Assembly (NCBI GenBank): GCA_964014485.1
Contig: CAXHAT010000132.1
Coordinates: 1 to 23,230 of the forward strand
Direction of reading: 5' to 3'
Length of the DNA: 23,230 nt
DNA from: an uncultured Deferribacteres bacterium
Lineage (GTDB): Bacteria > Zhuqueibacterota > Zhuqueibacteria > Zhuqueibacterales > Geothermadaptataceae
Below, in pieces: positions 1-8,270 of the stretch (position 1 is its first letter; each line of letters begins with the position of its first letter). The notes below the pieces were generated by a model, which was not told the origin of the DNA, did no database searches, and was given only the letters and a program-made list of their open reading frames with translations. A program made the position numbers and the translations under genes.

Positions 1-2840
1 TCCTCGTCTCGGTTTGCTTCGCTGGGGCGAATCATCGGTACGCCGTCGGATGGAATGGGTGTTTCAAAATCCGGGACGAACAACGGCTCTTGTTCTTTTT
101 TCTCCAAATCTTGCGATTTCAGTTCGCCGTTTTTCAATCTCGGCGGATTTGAAATTTTCCAACCTGAAATCTCCGGCGTGATCTCTTCGATTTGCGCCAT
201 GTTTTCGCGAAAGACGCTGGTCAGCAAAATCGTGTGAAAACTCTCCGCGCCGCAGGGCTGGATTCCCGAGACGGCAAAATGCTCCTGCGCCCGCGTCATC
301 GCCACGTAGAGCAAGCGCATGCCCTCCTTTTTCTCTTCCATCTCCGCTTCGTGCAAAATTTCGGCGTACTCGCCGATCTCCGGCGGTCGCTCGTCCTTTT
401 TACCGCCGACATAGACGAACGGCCTGGCTTCGTTGTGCAGCAATTTACGAAAGCCAAGATCGCGGCTGCGCGCCTCGCGGCCAATCGAATCTTCCGCGCC
501 GACAAGCAGGACAACGGGAAATTCCAGGCCTTTGGCCTTGTGCATGGTCATGAGCGTCACGCTGTTGGCGGAAAGCTGAGCGTTGCCGGTCTCGTCCACG
601 CCCCGAAACTCTTTGATCATTTCCAAGTATTCCAGCATCGTCCCGCTGCCGCGTGGTTCGAGAGTCGCGAGAATTTCCACCATTTGCGAAAGATTGGCCT
701 GCGCCAGAGCGCCCTCGTCCTCGCCAAACGCCAAAAAATAACTCGCGTAAGCGTCGGTACGGTCGATGAAGTCGAGCAGCAAATGATCGAGCGACTTTTG
801 CCCGACCATTTTCAGGCCGGCGTTAAGTTTTCCAAACGGCTCCGGCTCATGCTTTTCCAGCAGACTCAAAAGCGACGGCTGTTTGGCTTCGCTGAAAAAC
901 TGCATTTGTTTGAGCAGGAACATCAAACGCTTGTCGCTGACGTTCAAAAACGGGCTGCGCAAAAGCGTCGCGACCGCAACGTTGTCGGTCGGCTGGGTTA
1001 AAAATGTTAGGAACGCCAGCACATCTTCAATTTCGCGGCGGCGGAAATAGCCGCGCTTTTCTTCCTTCAAATACGGCACGCCGCGACGAATCAGAACCGA
1101 CTCCAACTCTTCCGATTGCAAAGTTTTGCGATAGAGCACGCCAATATCGCCGTAGCGAATCGCGCGATAACCTTGCAATTCCTTGTCGTAAATCGGCAGT
1201 TTCTCGTCGATCCAATACTGAATCATGCGCACCAGCGTTTTGGCCTGCCGTCGCCGCACGACTTCCGTCGGTTCCTTGCCCTGTTTTTCCAAAGGCTGCA
1301 AAATATTGAATGAACCACACGCCGGAACGACAGACTTGCCGTTTAGTTCAGCGGTCGCATGGTGACGAAAATCATCAAGAAAATGCGCATACTCCGGCGC
1401 TTGAAAAACGGTGTTGACCTGATCCAGAATCGTCTGACTTGAGCGCCAACTCCGATCCAGCGACACCGTTTCAACGCCAAACCTTTGCGCCAATTCCTGC
1501 GACGCTTCCGAGAGCAATTTGTAATCGCCCTGCCGAAAGCCGTAAATCGACTGCTTGGCGTCGCCGACCAGAAACGTCGTCGCGACCACGCTTTTCTCCG
1601 CCGCCAGCCCCTCGCCCGACAAAAGCTCTTCAGAAATGGTGCGAAAAATGTCCCATTGCACGCGGCTCGTATCCTGAAATTCATCGACCAAAAGATGACT
1701 CATCTGCGAAAACAGATTGTAGCGTGCGCCGCAGTTTTCGGGATCGTGCAAAATGCTGTAAGCGCCAATGGTCAGATCGTCGAAATCGACCAGGTTGCGG
1801 CTGTATTTGAACTGCTGGCGGTAATTGTGATAATATTCGAAAAGCTCATAAATCACCATCGCGCGCGCATTGACGCGCCGCCGCTGAAGCTCGTAAACCA
1901 GCGTTCCCAGACCCTCAAGCTCCTGCGCCGACGTATGATTTTCGATGGTTTTGGTGACGTCCCAACCGCCTTTTTTGAAAATCGCGCCGCGCAGAATGTC
2001 GGGATTGCCGGATTGTTTGAAATCCTCCAAAACATCGAGAATGCGCGCGCCGGTTTTACCTTTCAAGCCCCCGCCGATGCGTTCAATCACCGCCGCCGCT
2101 GTTTCCAGAATGTCTTCCGTTTCTTCATCAGCGTAGTCGGGATGCGGCGCGAGTTGAAAATCGCGCCAGCTTTTGTCATGCCGTCGGCGCAGCTCCCAAA
2201 TGTAGAGCCATTCGTTCTGCAAATATTCAAGCTGGTCGCGCAATTGCGCGATGCTGGTGTCGGGATAGGTCAGGTAAGCTTCGAGCAGTTCGATCAATTT
2301 CGAATGCCCCTTCTCCGCTTCTTCAAAAAGCCGCATGTAGCCCTTTTCCGCCGCCGCCTGCTTTTCAGCGGTATCGGCGATGCGAAACGGGATCGGAATT
2401 TCCCGCCCAGCCTCGACGGGGAAGCGCTGGACGAATTCCTGAAAAAGGCTGTCAATGGTCTGGATTTTCAGCGTTTGGGAATAATTGAGAATAGCCTCGG
2501 CGGCGGCACGCGCCGTGCGCGGGGGATGAATGTAGCTCAAATTTTCAGGCGCGGCTTCGAAAAAAAGCGCCATTTCATCATCGAACGCCTTTGCCGTTTG
2601 ACGATCCGCCAGCAATTGCACGGCATCGGAGAAAATGCGGTCCTTCATCTCCGCCGCCGCCTTGCGCGTAAACGTGACGGCGACGATTTCCGCCGGATTC
2701 GCTCCCGCCGCCACCAGCCGCAAGTAGCGCTGGCTCAATTGATACGTCTTCCCCGCCCCCGCCGACGCGCTGACGACGAAAGACAAATAAGGATTTATAG
2801 GATTTTGATTTATGCTCGGTCGCGACAAGGTATCTTCCAT
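1..2840 (-). CDS. addA: ATP-dependent helicase/nuclease, AddA/RecB-like UvrD family (partial; C-terminus runs off the left edge)
   Basis: Manual translation from ATG at 2840 (MEDTLSRPS...) gives SF1 helicase motifs: VVSASAGAGKT (Walker A), VTFTRKAAAEMKDRI, IQTIDSLF, LLVDEFQDTS (Walker B), VGDAKQSIYGFRQG, TLMTMHKAKGLEFPVV and RLLYVAMTRAQE. The track lists no stop-terminated ORF in this frame, consistent with ~946 open codons to the edge. The nuclease domain is expected beyond the edge. Confidence 0.88.
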   Translation of the reverse strand, partial: MEDTLSRPSINQNPINPYLSFVVSASAGAGKTYQLSQRYLRLVAAGANPAEIVAVTFTRKAAAEMKDRIFSDAVQLLADRQTAKAFDDEMALFFEAAPENLSYIHPPRTARAAAEAILNYSQTLKIQTIDSLFQEFVQRFPVEAGREIPIPFRIADTAEKQAAAEKGYMRLFEEAEKGHSKLIELLEAYLTYPDTSIAQLRDQLEYLQNEWLYIWELRRRHDKSWRDFQLAPHPDYADEETEDILETAAAVIERIGGGLKGKTGARILDVLEDFKQSGNPDILRGAIFKKGGWDVTKTIENHTSAQELEGLGTLVYELQRRRVNARAMVIYELFEYYHNYRQQFKYSRNLVDFDDLTIGAYSILHDPENCGARYNLFSQMSHLLVDEFQDTSRVQWDIFRTISEELLSGEGLAAEKSVVATTFLVGDAKQSIYGFRQGDYKLLSEASQELAQRFGVETVSLDRSWRSSQTILDQVNTVFQAPEYAHFLDDFRHHATAELNGKSVVPACGSFNILQPLEKQGKEPTEVVRRRQAKTLVRMIQYWIDEKLPIYDKELQGYRAIRYGDIGVLYRKTLQSEELESVLIRRGVPYLKEEKRGYFRRREIEDVLAFLTFLTQPTDNVAVATLLRSPFLNVSDKRLMFLLKQMQFFSEAKQPSLLSLLEKHEPEPFGKLNAGLKMVGQKSLDHLLLDFIDRTDAYASYFLAFGEDEGALAQANLSQMVEILATLEPRGSGTMLEYLEMIKEFRGVDETGNAQLSANSVTLMTMHKAKGLEFPVVLLVGAEDSIGREARSRDLGFRKLLHNEARPFVYVGGKKDERPPEIGEYAEILHEAEMEEKKEGMRLLYVAMTRAQEHFAVSGIQPCGAESFHTILLTSVFRENMAQIEEITPEISGWKISNPPRLKNGELKSQDLEKKEQEPLFVPDFETPIPSDGVPMIRPSEANRDE

Positions 2841-2848
2841 TTCTTCTC

Positions 2849-2939
2849 TGTCAAAATTTGAAAATAGACTGGATTGGATGGATTATCAAGCGGAATAACA
2901 TCTTACCCTGAAATAAAAATCATATTTCAAATTCAGACA
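2849..2939. repeat. Imperfect inverted repeat in the divergent addA/permease intergenic region
   Basis: TGTCAAAATTTGAAA (2849-2863) vs TTTCAAATTCAGACA (2925-2939; reverse complement TGTCTGAATTTGAAA), 13/15 match, with GGAT(T) micro-repeats nearby. Confidence 0.4.
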
Positions 2940-3010
2940 ACCCTTTCTTATCTCGCCCTGTCCCATGCCTGACTATTCTTTCCCAAGACTCATTGCGACT
3001 GGAGGCCTTC

Positions 3011-5416
3011 ATGTTTAAAAACTATCTCAGGATTGCGGTGCGAAATCTTGTGACGCGCAAGATGTTCTCACTCATCAACATCGGCGGATTGATGATTGGC
3101 GTCAGTGCTTGCGTCATCATTCTGCTATATGTCAGTTTTGAATTAAGCTATGACCGCTTTCATGAGAAAGGCGATCGCATTTATCGCTTAAAAATTGAGA
3201 GTTTCCGGGACGGCGAAGCAGCCTGGCGCCGCGCAAAAGTCTTTGGATGGATCGGGCCTCAGCTTGCGCAAAACGAGTCAGCGGTTGAGGCTTCTGCCCG
3301 CATTCTGAACTTGCACGGCATTATGGGGACGTTTGTGCTGGCTTACAACGACGCGAAGTTTTCGGAAGAAAAAATCTACTACGCCGACGATGAATTACTC
3401 AAAATCTTTTCATTTAAAACACTTGCCGCCGAGTCGAACTTCCCGTTATCTGAGCCGAACACCGTCGTCATCACTGAAACTATCGCCCGCAAATACTTCG
3501 GCGAAGCGCAGGCACTGGGAAAGTCGCTGGTGATGAACGGCGATCAAGCGTATCGCGTGACCGCCGTCGTGCAGGACATCCCGCAAAATTCCCACCTGAA
3601 ATTCGATTTTCTATTCTCGATGAAAAGCCTTGAAAGCCAGTCGTTTATGCTAGACTGGGCGGATTATCTCACTTACGTTTTGCTCACCCCTGAAGCGGAC
3701 GCCAAGAGTTTTGAAGAAAGCCTCCTCGCCCAGGATATTGTCACCGAGCGCTACGGACCGTCCGGCGCAACCGCGAGTCGAACGGAGATTTCATTGCAAC
3801 CGCTGCACGACATTCATCTTTATTCGCATCTCGAAGGCGAGGTCGAAGTCAACGGCAGCGCAGCCACAACGTACGGCTTGTTGCTTGTCGCCGTTCTCAT
3901 TCTCATTATCGCCTGGATCAACTATGTCAATCTTTCAACGGCGCGGGCGATGGATCGCGCCAAGGAAGTCGGCGTGCGCAAGGTCGTCGGCGCGCGGCGC
4001 AGAAATCTCGTTCTCCAGTTCCTATTAGAGTCCGCTATTGCAAATACTGTCGCTGCGGCGGGAGCCTTGATGTTCGTGCTCGTCTTCCTTCCTTATTTCA
4101 ACGACTTGATTGGCGTGCAACTGACGTTCAACATGTACGGCAGATACGAACTTTGGAGCGTACTCATCGCGCTCTTTTTGGTCGGCGGCTTTCTTTCCGG
4201 CTTATACCCGGCGTTTGTGCTCTCGGGATTCCGGCCCATAAAAGTTTTGAAAGGCGCCGCCGAGTCGGGCAAGAAGCGGTGGAATCTTCGTAAGGCTTTA
4301 GTAGTGTATCAGTTCGCGACCTCGGTTTTACTGATCGCAGGAACCTGGGCGGTGTTCCAACAGCTTTCCTACATGCGCAATCAGGAATTGGGCGTCGACA
4401 TTGCGCGCACCGTCGTCGTCAAGGCGCCCGGCATTGCGGACTCGACTTTTGGCGTGCGGTTGAGCGCTTTCAAAACCGAACTTTTGCGCCAAGCCGCAAT
4501 CGAAAGCATGACCGCGTCTTCCAATATTCCCGGCCGGGAGAGCACTTGGGGCGGTACGATCCGTCAGTTGGCGGATACGCCCGAACAAGCGGTTGGGGTC
4601 GATTATGTCGGCATTGATGATGATTTTGTCGAAGCGTACGGCATGAAGGTTCTGGAAGGCAGAAATTTCTCCAAAGAATTACCTTCCGATAGAAACGCGA
4701 TTCTGCTCAATGAAGCGGCGTTAAAACAACTGCGTTATGATGCTCCTGAGGCTGCTGTCGGAGAAAAGATAGCCGCCTGGCGTAATACCGAATACGAAAT
4801 TATCGGCGTTCTGCCAAGCCATCACCAGCTCTCGCTGCAACACGCCCAAATCCCGACCGCCTACTTTTTGCGTAGCAGCGGCAGTTTTTATTCGATCAAA
4901 TTCAGAACCTCGGAGATTCAGGAAACGCTGGCAGTGATTCGTTCGCAGTATGAAAATCAGTTTCCGGGCAATCCCTTTGAGTATTTTTTCCTGGACGCTT
5001 ACTTTGACAGACAATACTTGGCGGATCAACGTTTTGGTGAGATCTTTGGCTTGTTTGCGGGACTGGCCGTCTTCATCGCCTGTCTCGGTTTGTTGGCGCT
5101 CTCCGCCGACGCAACCCGCAAGCGAACGAAGGAAATCGGCGTGCGGAAAGTGTTGGGCGCATCAGTTCTAAATTTGATCGCGTTGCTGTCGAAGGACTTC
5201 CTGATTCTCGTGGCTTTTGCTATTTTCATCACCTTGCCGCTTGCCGGGCTCGCAATACAAAATTGGTTGGAAACTTATACCTACCGTATTGAACTTGCCT
5301 GGCCGATCTTTGCCGTTCCCGCTTTTATTGTCATCATCATCGCCGTCGCCACCGTGAGTCTGCAAGCCGTTCGCGCCGCAAGCGGGAATCCGGTTGAAGC
5401 GTTGCGGTATGAATAA
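3011..5416 (+). CDS. ABC transporter permease, MacB/FtsX family (duplicated MacB_PCD + FtsX domains)
   Basis: MFKNYLRIAVRNL N-terminus, SYDRFHEK, INYVNLSTARAMDRAKEVGVRKVVGA, RTKEIGVRKVLGAS and NPVEALRYE C-terminus. GGAGG RBS at 3001-3005 favours ATG 3011 over the track's 2993. Confidence 0.93.
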   Translation: MFKNYLRIAVRNLVTRKMFSLINIGGLMIGVSACVIILLYVSFELSYDRFHEKGDRIYRLKIESFRDGEAAWRRAKVFGWIGPQLAQNESAVEASARILNLHGIMGTFVLAYNDAKFSEEKIYYADDELLKIFSFKTLAAESNFPLSEPNTVVITETIARKYFGEAQALGKSLVMNGDQAYRVTAVVQDIPQNSHLKFDFLFSMKSLESQSFMLDWADYLTYVLLTPEADAKSFEESLLAQDIVTERYGPSGATASRTEISLQPLHDIHLYSHLEGEVEVNGSAATTYGLLLVAVLILIIAWINYVNLSTARAMDRAKEVGVRKVVGARRRNLVLQFLLESAIANTVAAAGALMFVLVFLPYFNDLIGVQLTFNMYGRYELWSVLIALFLVGGFLSGLYPAFVLSGFRPIKVLKGAAESGKKRWNLRKALVVYQFATSVLLIAGTWAVFQQLSYMRNQELGVDIARTVVVKAPGIADSTFGVRLSAFKTELLRQAAIESMTASSNIPGRESTWGGTIRQLADTPEQAVGVDYVGIDDDFVEAYGMKVLEGRNFSKELPSDRNAILLNEAALKQLRYDAPEAAVGEKIAAWRNTEYEIIGVLPSHHQLSLQHAQIPTAYFLRSSGSFYSIKFRTSEIQETLAVIRSQYENQFPGNPFEYFFLDAYFDRQYLADQRFGEIFGLFAGLAVFIACLGLLALSADATRKRTKEIGVRKVLGASVLNLIALLSKDFLILVAFAIFITLPLAGLAIQNWLETYTYRIELAWPIFAVPAFIVIIIAVATVSLQAVRAASGNPVEALRYE

Positions 5417-5517
5417 TAGAAAAGATTGCCCGGAGCTGCCGAGTTTTTCAGGGAGATTAATCGTTTATTATTGAATCTCTGGTGGACGGGGAGCGGAATT
5501 TGACAAAATGCCCGATG

Positions 5518-5558
5518 AAATATAAAACCCCTCGAAGCCTTTGAGGCTTCGAGGGGTT
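5518..5558 (-). terminator. Rho-independent terminator (possibly bidirectional) between convergent genes
   Basis: Perfect 15-bp stem AACCCCTCGAAGCCT-ttg-AGGCTTCGAGGGGTT (5526-5558), followed on the minus strand by a T-rich tract, ~30 nt after the stop at 5587. Confidence 0.85.
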
Positions 5559-5586
5559 GCCTTTTAGCAGCAATCTTGCCGGAAGG

Positions 5587-8067
5587 TTAATGAACCAGCA
5601 GCATCTTCCGACTCGCTGTAAAACCGTCCGCCGTCATACGATAAACGTACAGGCCGCTCGGAACCTGCTTCCCGGCGTCGTCCCTGCCGTCCCACACCGC
5701 ACGATGTTCGCCCGGCACCTGGTTTTCCGTAACCAGCAAACGCACCAACTGCCCCCGCATATTGTAAATGCGCAGTTCCACAAACGCCGCTCGCGGAATT
5801 TGATATGCGATGACGGTCGAGGGATTGAACGGGTTGGGATAGTTTTGCTCCAGGTTGAAGTTCTTTGGCAGTTCCTGACCATTGACAACGCTTGTTAACA
5901 CGCCCGCGCTGTCTTCAATGGACGGCTCGCTTTCATTGCCTGAAAAATCCGCCGCCGTAATCCTGTAATAATACGTTCGACCGGCAACAGCTGATGAATC
6001 CACAAAAACAGTGTCAATGGCGTACGCAAACGGCTTGCTGATTTCAAAGTTTGCCGTTTCGCTTCTGTAGATTCTGTAATGACGCAAGTCTTCCTCCGGG
6101 TTCGGCTCCCAGTTTAGTCTGATAGTGCTTTCGACCGTTTTCGCCATGAATCCGGATGGAATCGAAGGCGCGAGATTATCCACCGAGTAACCGCTGTCCG
6201 GTTGCGAAGCAAACCAGACCACCGGATCGTTCGTGTGCGCAGCAACAAAGAAGGATGACCAAATGATCCCCGATTCCGTCGAGTCGTAAAGCGTCGGCGC
6301 CACCAGAGAATACTGCTCGAATTGCAGCGCAGGCGATGAGCCGACGAACGTCCACAGGTCTCCGGTGCTGGAAAGCCCGCTCATATCGTCAATATCAAAA
6401 GTGTAATGAGCGCTTGGTTTGGCATTACCAATATCCGCCAGCACTGCGCTCAAGCTTTCGGTTGTCATCGGGCCATTGCTGGAGTGATTGTTCGCTTTGC
6501 CCAAACCAAAAGAATTCAATTCGTCCGCCCTGCGCCAGACGCTGTAAGACGTTATCGGCGTTTTGCTGCCAACCGAGTCCGCACAAGCGCGATTCCAGAC
6601 GACATTGACCTGCTTGCCTTGATCGTTCGGGATGTCGGTAATGCTCCCGATGACGGGAGGGTCAGGGCATGGGGGCGGCTCCATAATTCCAGCGCCAATC
6701 AGCGGAATCATCAGGCTGTCTTTCCCGCTGTATACTGTTAAAGCCGCCTTAAATTCGTCGACTGTGTCCGGCGTAAAACACACTTCGATGGCGCGGCTTT
6801 CTCCCGGCGGCAATTCAAACGCGGCTGAACCAGCCTTGAAAAGACGAGCGTCGGGCCCTTTGATTGCCACCGAATCGACCATCGCAGCGGACAAACATCC
6901 GTTTTTGACGACAACCGGTTTTTTCGCTGTCTGATCAACACGAACTTCTCCAAAATACACAGAGTCAGGAGAAACGGATAGACATTTTTTTGGAATGCCA
7001 TCAATGCAAATATCATCAATATACCAACCGGCGCCTACGCTTCCATCATTGTCAGAAGTAAAGAAGAATGCAATTTGAATAACTGAGTTTTGAAACCCGG
7101 ATAACTCAATGGGCTCGCTTGGCTCCCATCCCTTGCTGTCACCTGAACCTATAGAATAAAGCGTCTGCCAAAGCCCGCCGTCGACTGAGACCTGTACGTA
7201 GCCGACGTCGTCATTGCCGAGATCGAACCACTGCCAGAATTTGAGAACGTAACTCTCGCCGTCTTCAAGAGCGTCCAGTTTGATCTTAGGGCTGATCAGA
7301 TGCGTGTTCGCGATGATCGGGTAATCTCCGTCCAGAACCGTGCCCGCAACCTGGCCCCCGGAAACCGGACTTGGCGGAACGGCGGTCGAAACGCCGACTT
7401 GCCAAAGCCCGTTACTCGTGCTCCAACATCCAACGCCGAGTTCAAAATTCTCCGGGTTGCGCAGCATGAAATCGTCCTTGATCACCGAAACGTCGTCAAC
7501 GTACCAACCGAGTCCGATGCTCGCATCATTGTCGGAAGTAAAGAAAAACGCAATTTGAATGGTTGAATTTTGATAGACGGAAAGATCGAAAGCGCGCTGC
7601 GTCCAGACAGCGCCTTCACCGTGATCCGGACCGCCCCCGTTGGGCAGCGTCTGCCAAAGCCCGCCGTCGACTGAGACCTGTACGTAGCCGACGTCGTCAT
7701 TGCCGAGATCGAACCACTGCCAGAATTTGAGAACGTAACTCTCGCCGTCTTCAAGAGCGTCCAGTTTGATCTTAGGGCTGATCAGTCGCGCGTTCGCCAG
7801 CGGCGGATAATCTCCGGCCAGAACAGTACCGGCGAGTTCTCCTCCTGAGACGGGGTTCGGAGGAACAATTGTCGATGTACCGATTTCCCAGACATTGTTT
7901 TCGATCTCCCAATCGCCTTGCCCCATTGCATAATCTTCGTAAAACAAGGTATCGGCGGTTTGGGAGAATGCTGGTGCGTTGGAAATTGTGATGAGTAAAA
8001 TCAATACACGGAAAAAGAAACAAAACTTCCGATATCCAACTTGCCGGCTTGCTTCGATCTTCATCAT
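5587..8067 (-). CDS. Large secreted/surface protein: signal peptide, two tandem jelly-roll (InhA/MAM/cleaved-adhesin-like) domains, ASH/choice-of-anchor-D Ig domain, DIPNDQG domain, Fn3, C-terminal FlgD-Ig/T9SS-type sorting domain
   Basis: Hydrophobic signal ending APAFS-Q. Duplicated LISPKIKLDALEDGESYVLKFWQWFDLGNDDVGYVQVSVDGGLWQTL...GWY(V/I)DD. Also VSPDSVYFGEVRV, LNWEPNPEEDLRHYRIYRS...YYYRITAADFSGNES and LEQNYPNPFNPST...SGLYVYRM. GGAGGG RBS favours ATG 8067 over 8091. Domain names come from motif recognition, not an HMM search. Confidence 0.85.
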   Translation of the reverse strand: MMKIEASRQVGYRKFCFFFRVLILLITISNAPAFSQTADTLFYEDYAMGQGDWEIENNVWEIGTSTIVPPNPVSGGELAGTVLAGDYPPLANARLISPKIKLDALEDGESYVLKFWQWFDLGNDDVGYVQVSVDGGLWQTLPNGGGPDHGEGAVWTQRAFDLSVYQNSTIQIAFFFTSDNDASIGLGWYVDDVSVIKDDFMLRNPENFELGVGCWSTSNGLWQVGVSTAVPPSPVSGGQVAGTVLDGDYPIIANTHLISPKIKLDALEDGESYVLKFWQWFDLGNDDVGYVQVSVDGGLWQTLYSIGSGDSKGWEPSEPIELSGFQNSVIQIAFFFTSDNDGSVGAGWYIDDICIDGIPKKCLSVSPDSVYFGEVRVDQTAKKPVVVKNGCLSAAMVDSVAIKGPDARLFKAGSAAFELPPGESRAIEVCFTPDTVDEFKAALTVYSGKDSLMIPLIGAGIMEPPPCPDPPVIGSITDIPNDQGKQVNVVWNRACADSVGSKTPITSYSVWRRADELNSFGLGKANNHSSNGPMTTESLSAVLADIGNAKPSAHYTFDIDDMSGLSSTGDLWTFVGSSPALQFEQYSLVAPTLYDSTESGIIWSSFFVAAHTNDPVVWFASQPDSGYSVDNLAPSIPSGFMAKTVESTIRLNWEPNPEEDLRHYRIYRSETANFEISKPFAYAIDTVFVDSSAVAGRTYYYRITAADFSGNESEPSIEDSAGVLTSVVNGQELPKNFNLEQNYPNPFNPSTVIAYQIPRAAFVELRIYNMRGQLVRLLVTENQVPGEHRAVWDGRDDAGKQVPSGLYVYRMTADGFTASRKMLLVH
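7160..7785. repeat. Exact 140-bp direct repeat (7160-7299 and 7646-7785) inside the secreted protein gene
   Basis: Base-by-base identical copies offset by 486 bp (162 codons). Confidence 0.95.
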
Positions 8068-8130
8068 TGATGCGCCCTCCATGATTTTCATTGGGTGAGT
8101 TCTAAAAGAATAGACTTTAGGCGCTCTCTA

Positions 8131-8147
8131 CTCAAATTCGGCGCCGT
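8131..8147 (-). promoter_or_regulatory. Putative sigma-54 (-24/-12) promoter for the secreted protein gene
   Basis: Minus strand ACGGCGCCGAATTTGAG = GG-N10-GA versus consensus TGGCACNNNNNTTGC. It lies ~65 nt upstream of the start and ~70-110 nt downstream of paired palindromes. The -12 element is non-canonical. Confidence 0.45.
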
Positions 8148-8217
8148 AAAGAAAAATCAAAAAAACGCCGGTTCTGAAGCAGAGAATTGAATCCGATTTT
8201 AGGAGCGCAGGAATCGG

Positions 8218-8258
8218 CGTCGCATTTTGCGGACATCGCACGTCTTTTTTTTGAGACG
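8218..8258. promoter_or_regulatory. Tandem palindromic sites (YGTC-N10-GACR x2), putative enhancer for the sigma-54 activator
   Basis: CGTC-gcattttgcg-GACA (8218-8235) and CGTC-ttttttttga-GACG (8241-8258), 23 bp apart, both with T-rich cores. Confidence 0.55.
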
Positions 8259-8270
8259 TACAGTTCAGCG

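Noticed and set aside
192..1001. 269-aa plus-strand ORF
   Set aside because: Antisense shadow of the addA-like gene, whose conserved motifs are on the minus strand.
1485..2861. 458-aa plus-strand ORF
   Set aside because: Antisense shadow of the addA-like gene, with no recognisable domain.
3011..5416. ABC permease lacking an adjacent ATPase as a novelty
   Set aside because: Orphan MacB-type permeases are common in FCB-group and Acidobacteria genomes.
7160..7785. 140-bp repeat pair as a DGR template/variable repeat or CRISPR
   Set aside because: The copies are identical with no adenine-specific mismatches, both are in frame within one gene, and there is no reverse transcriptase, spacer array or cas gene.
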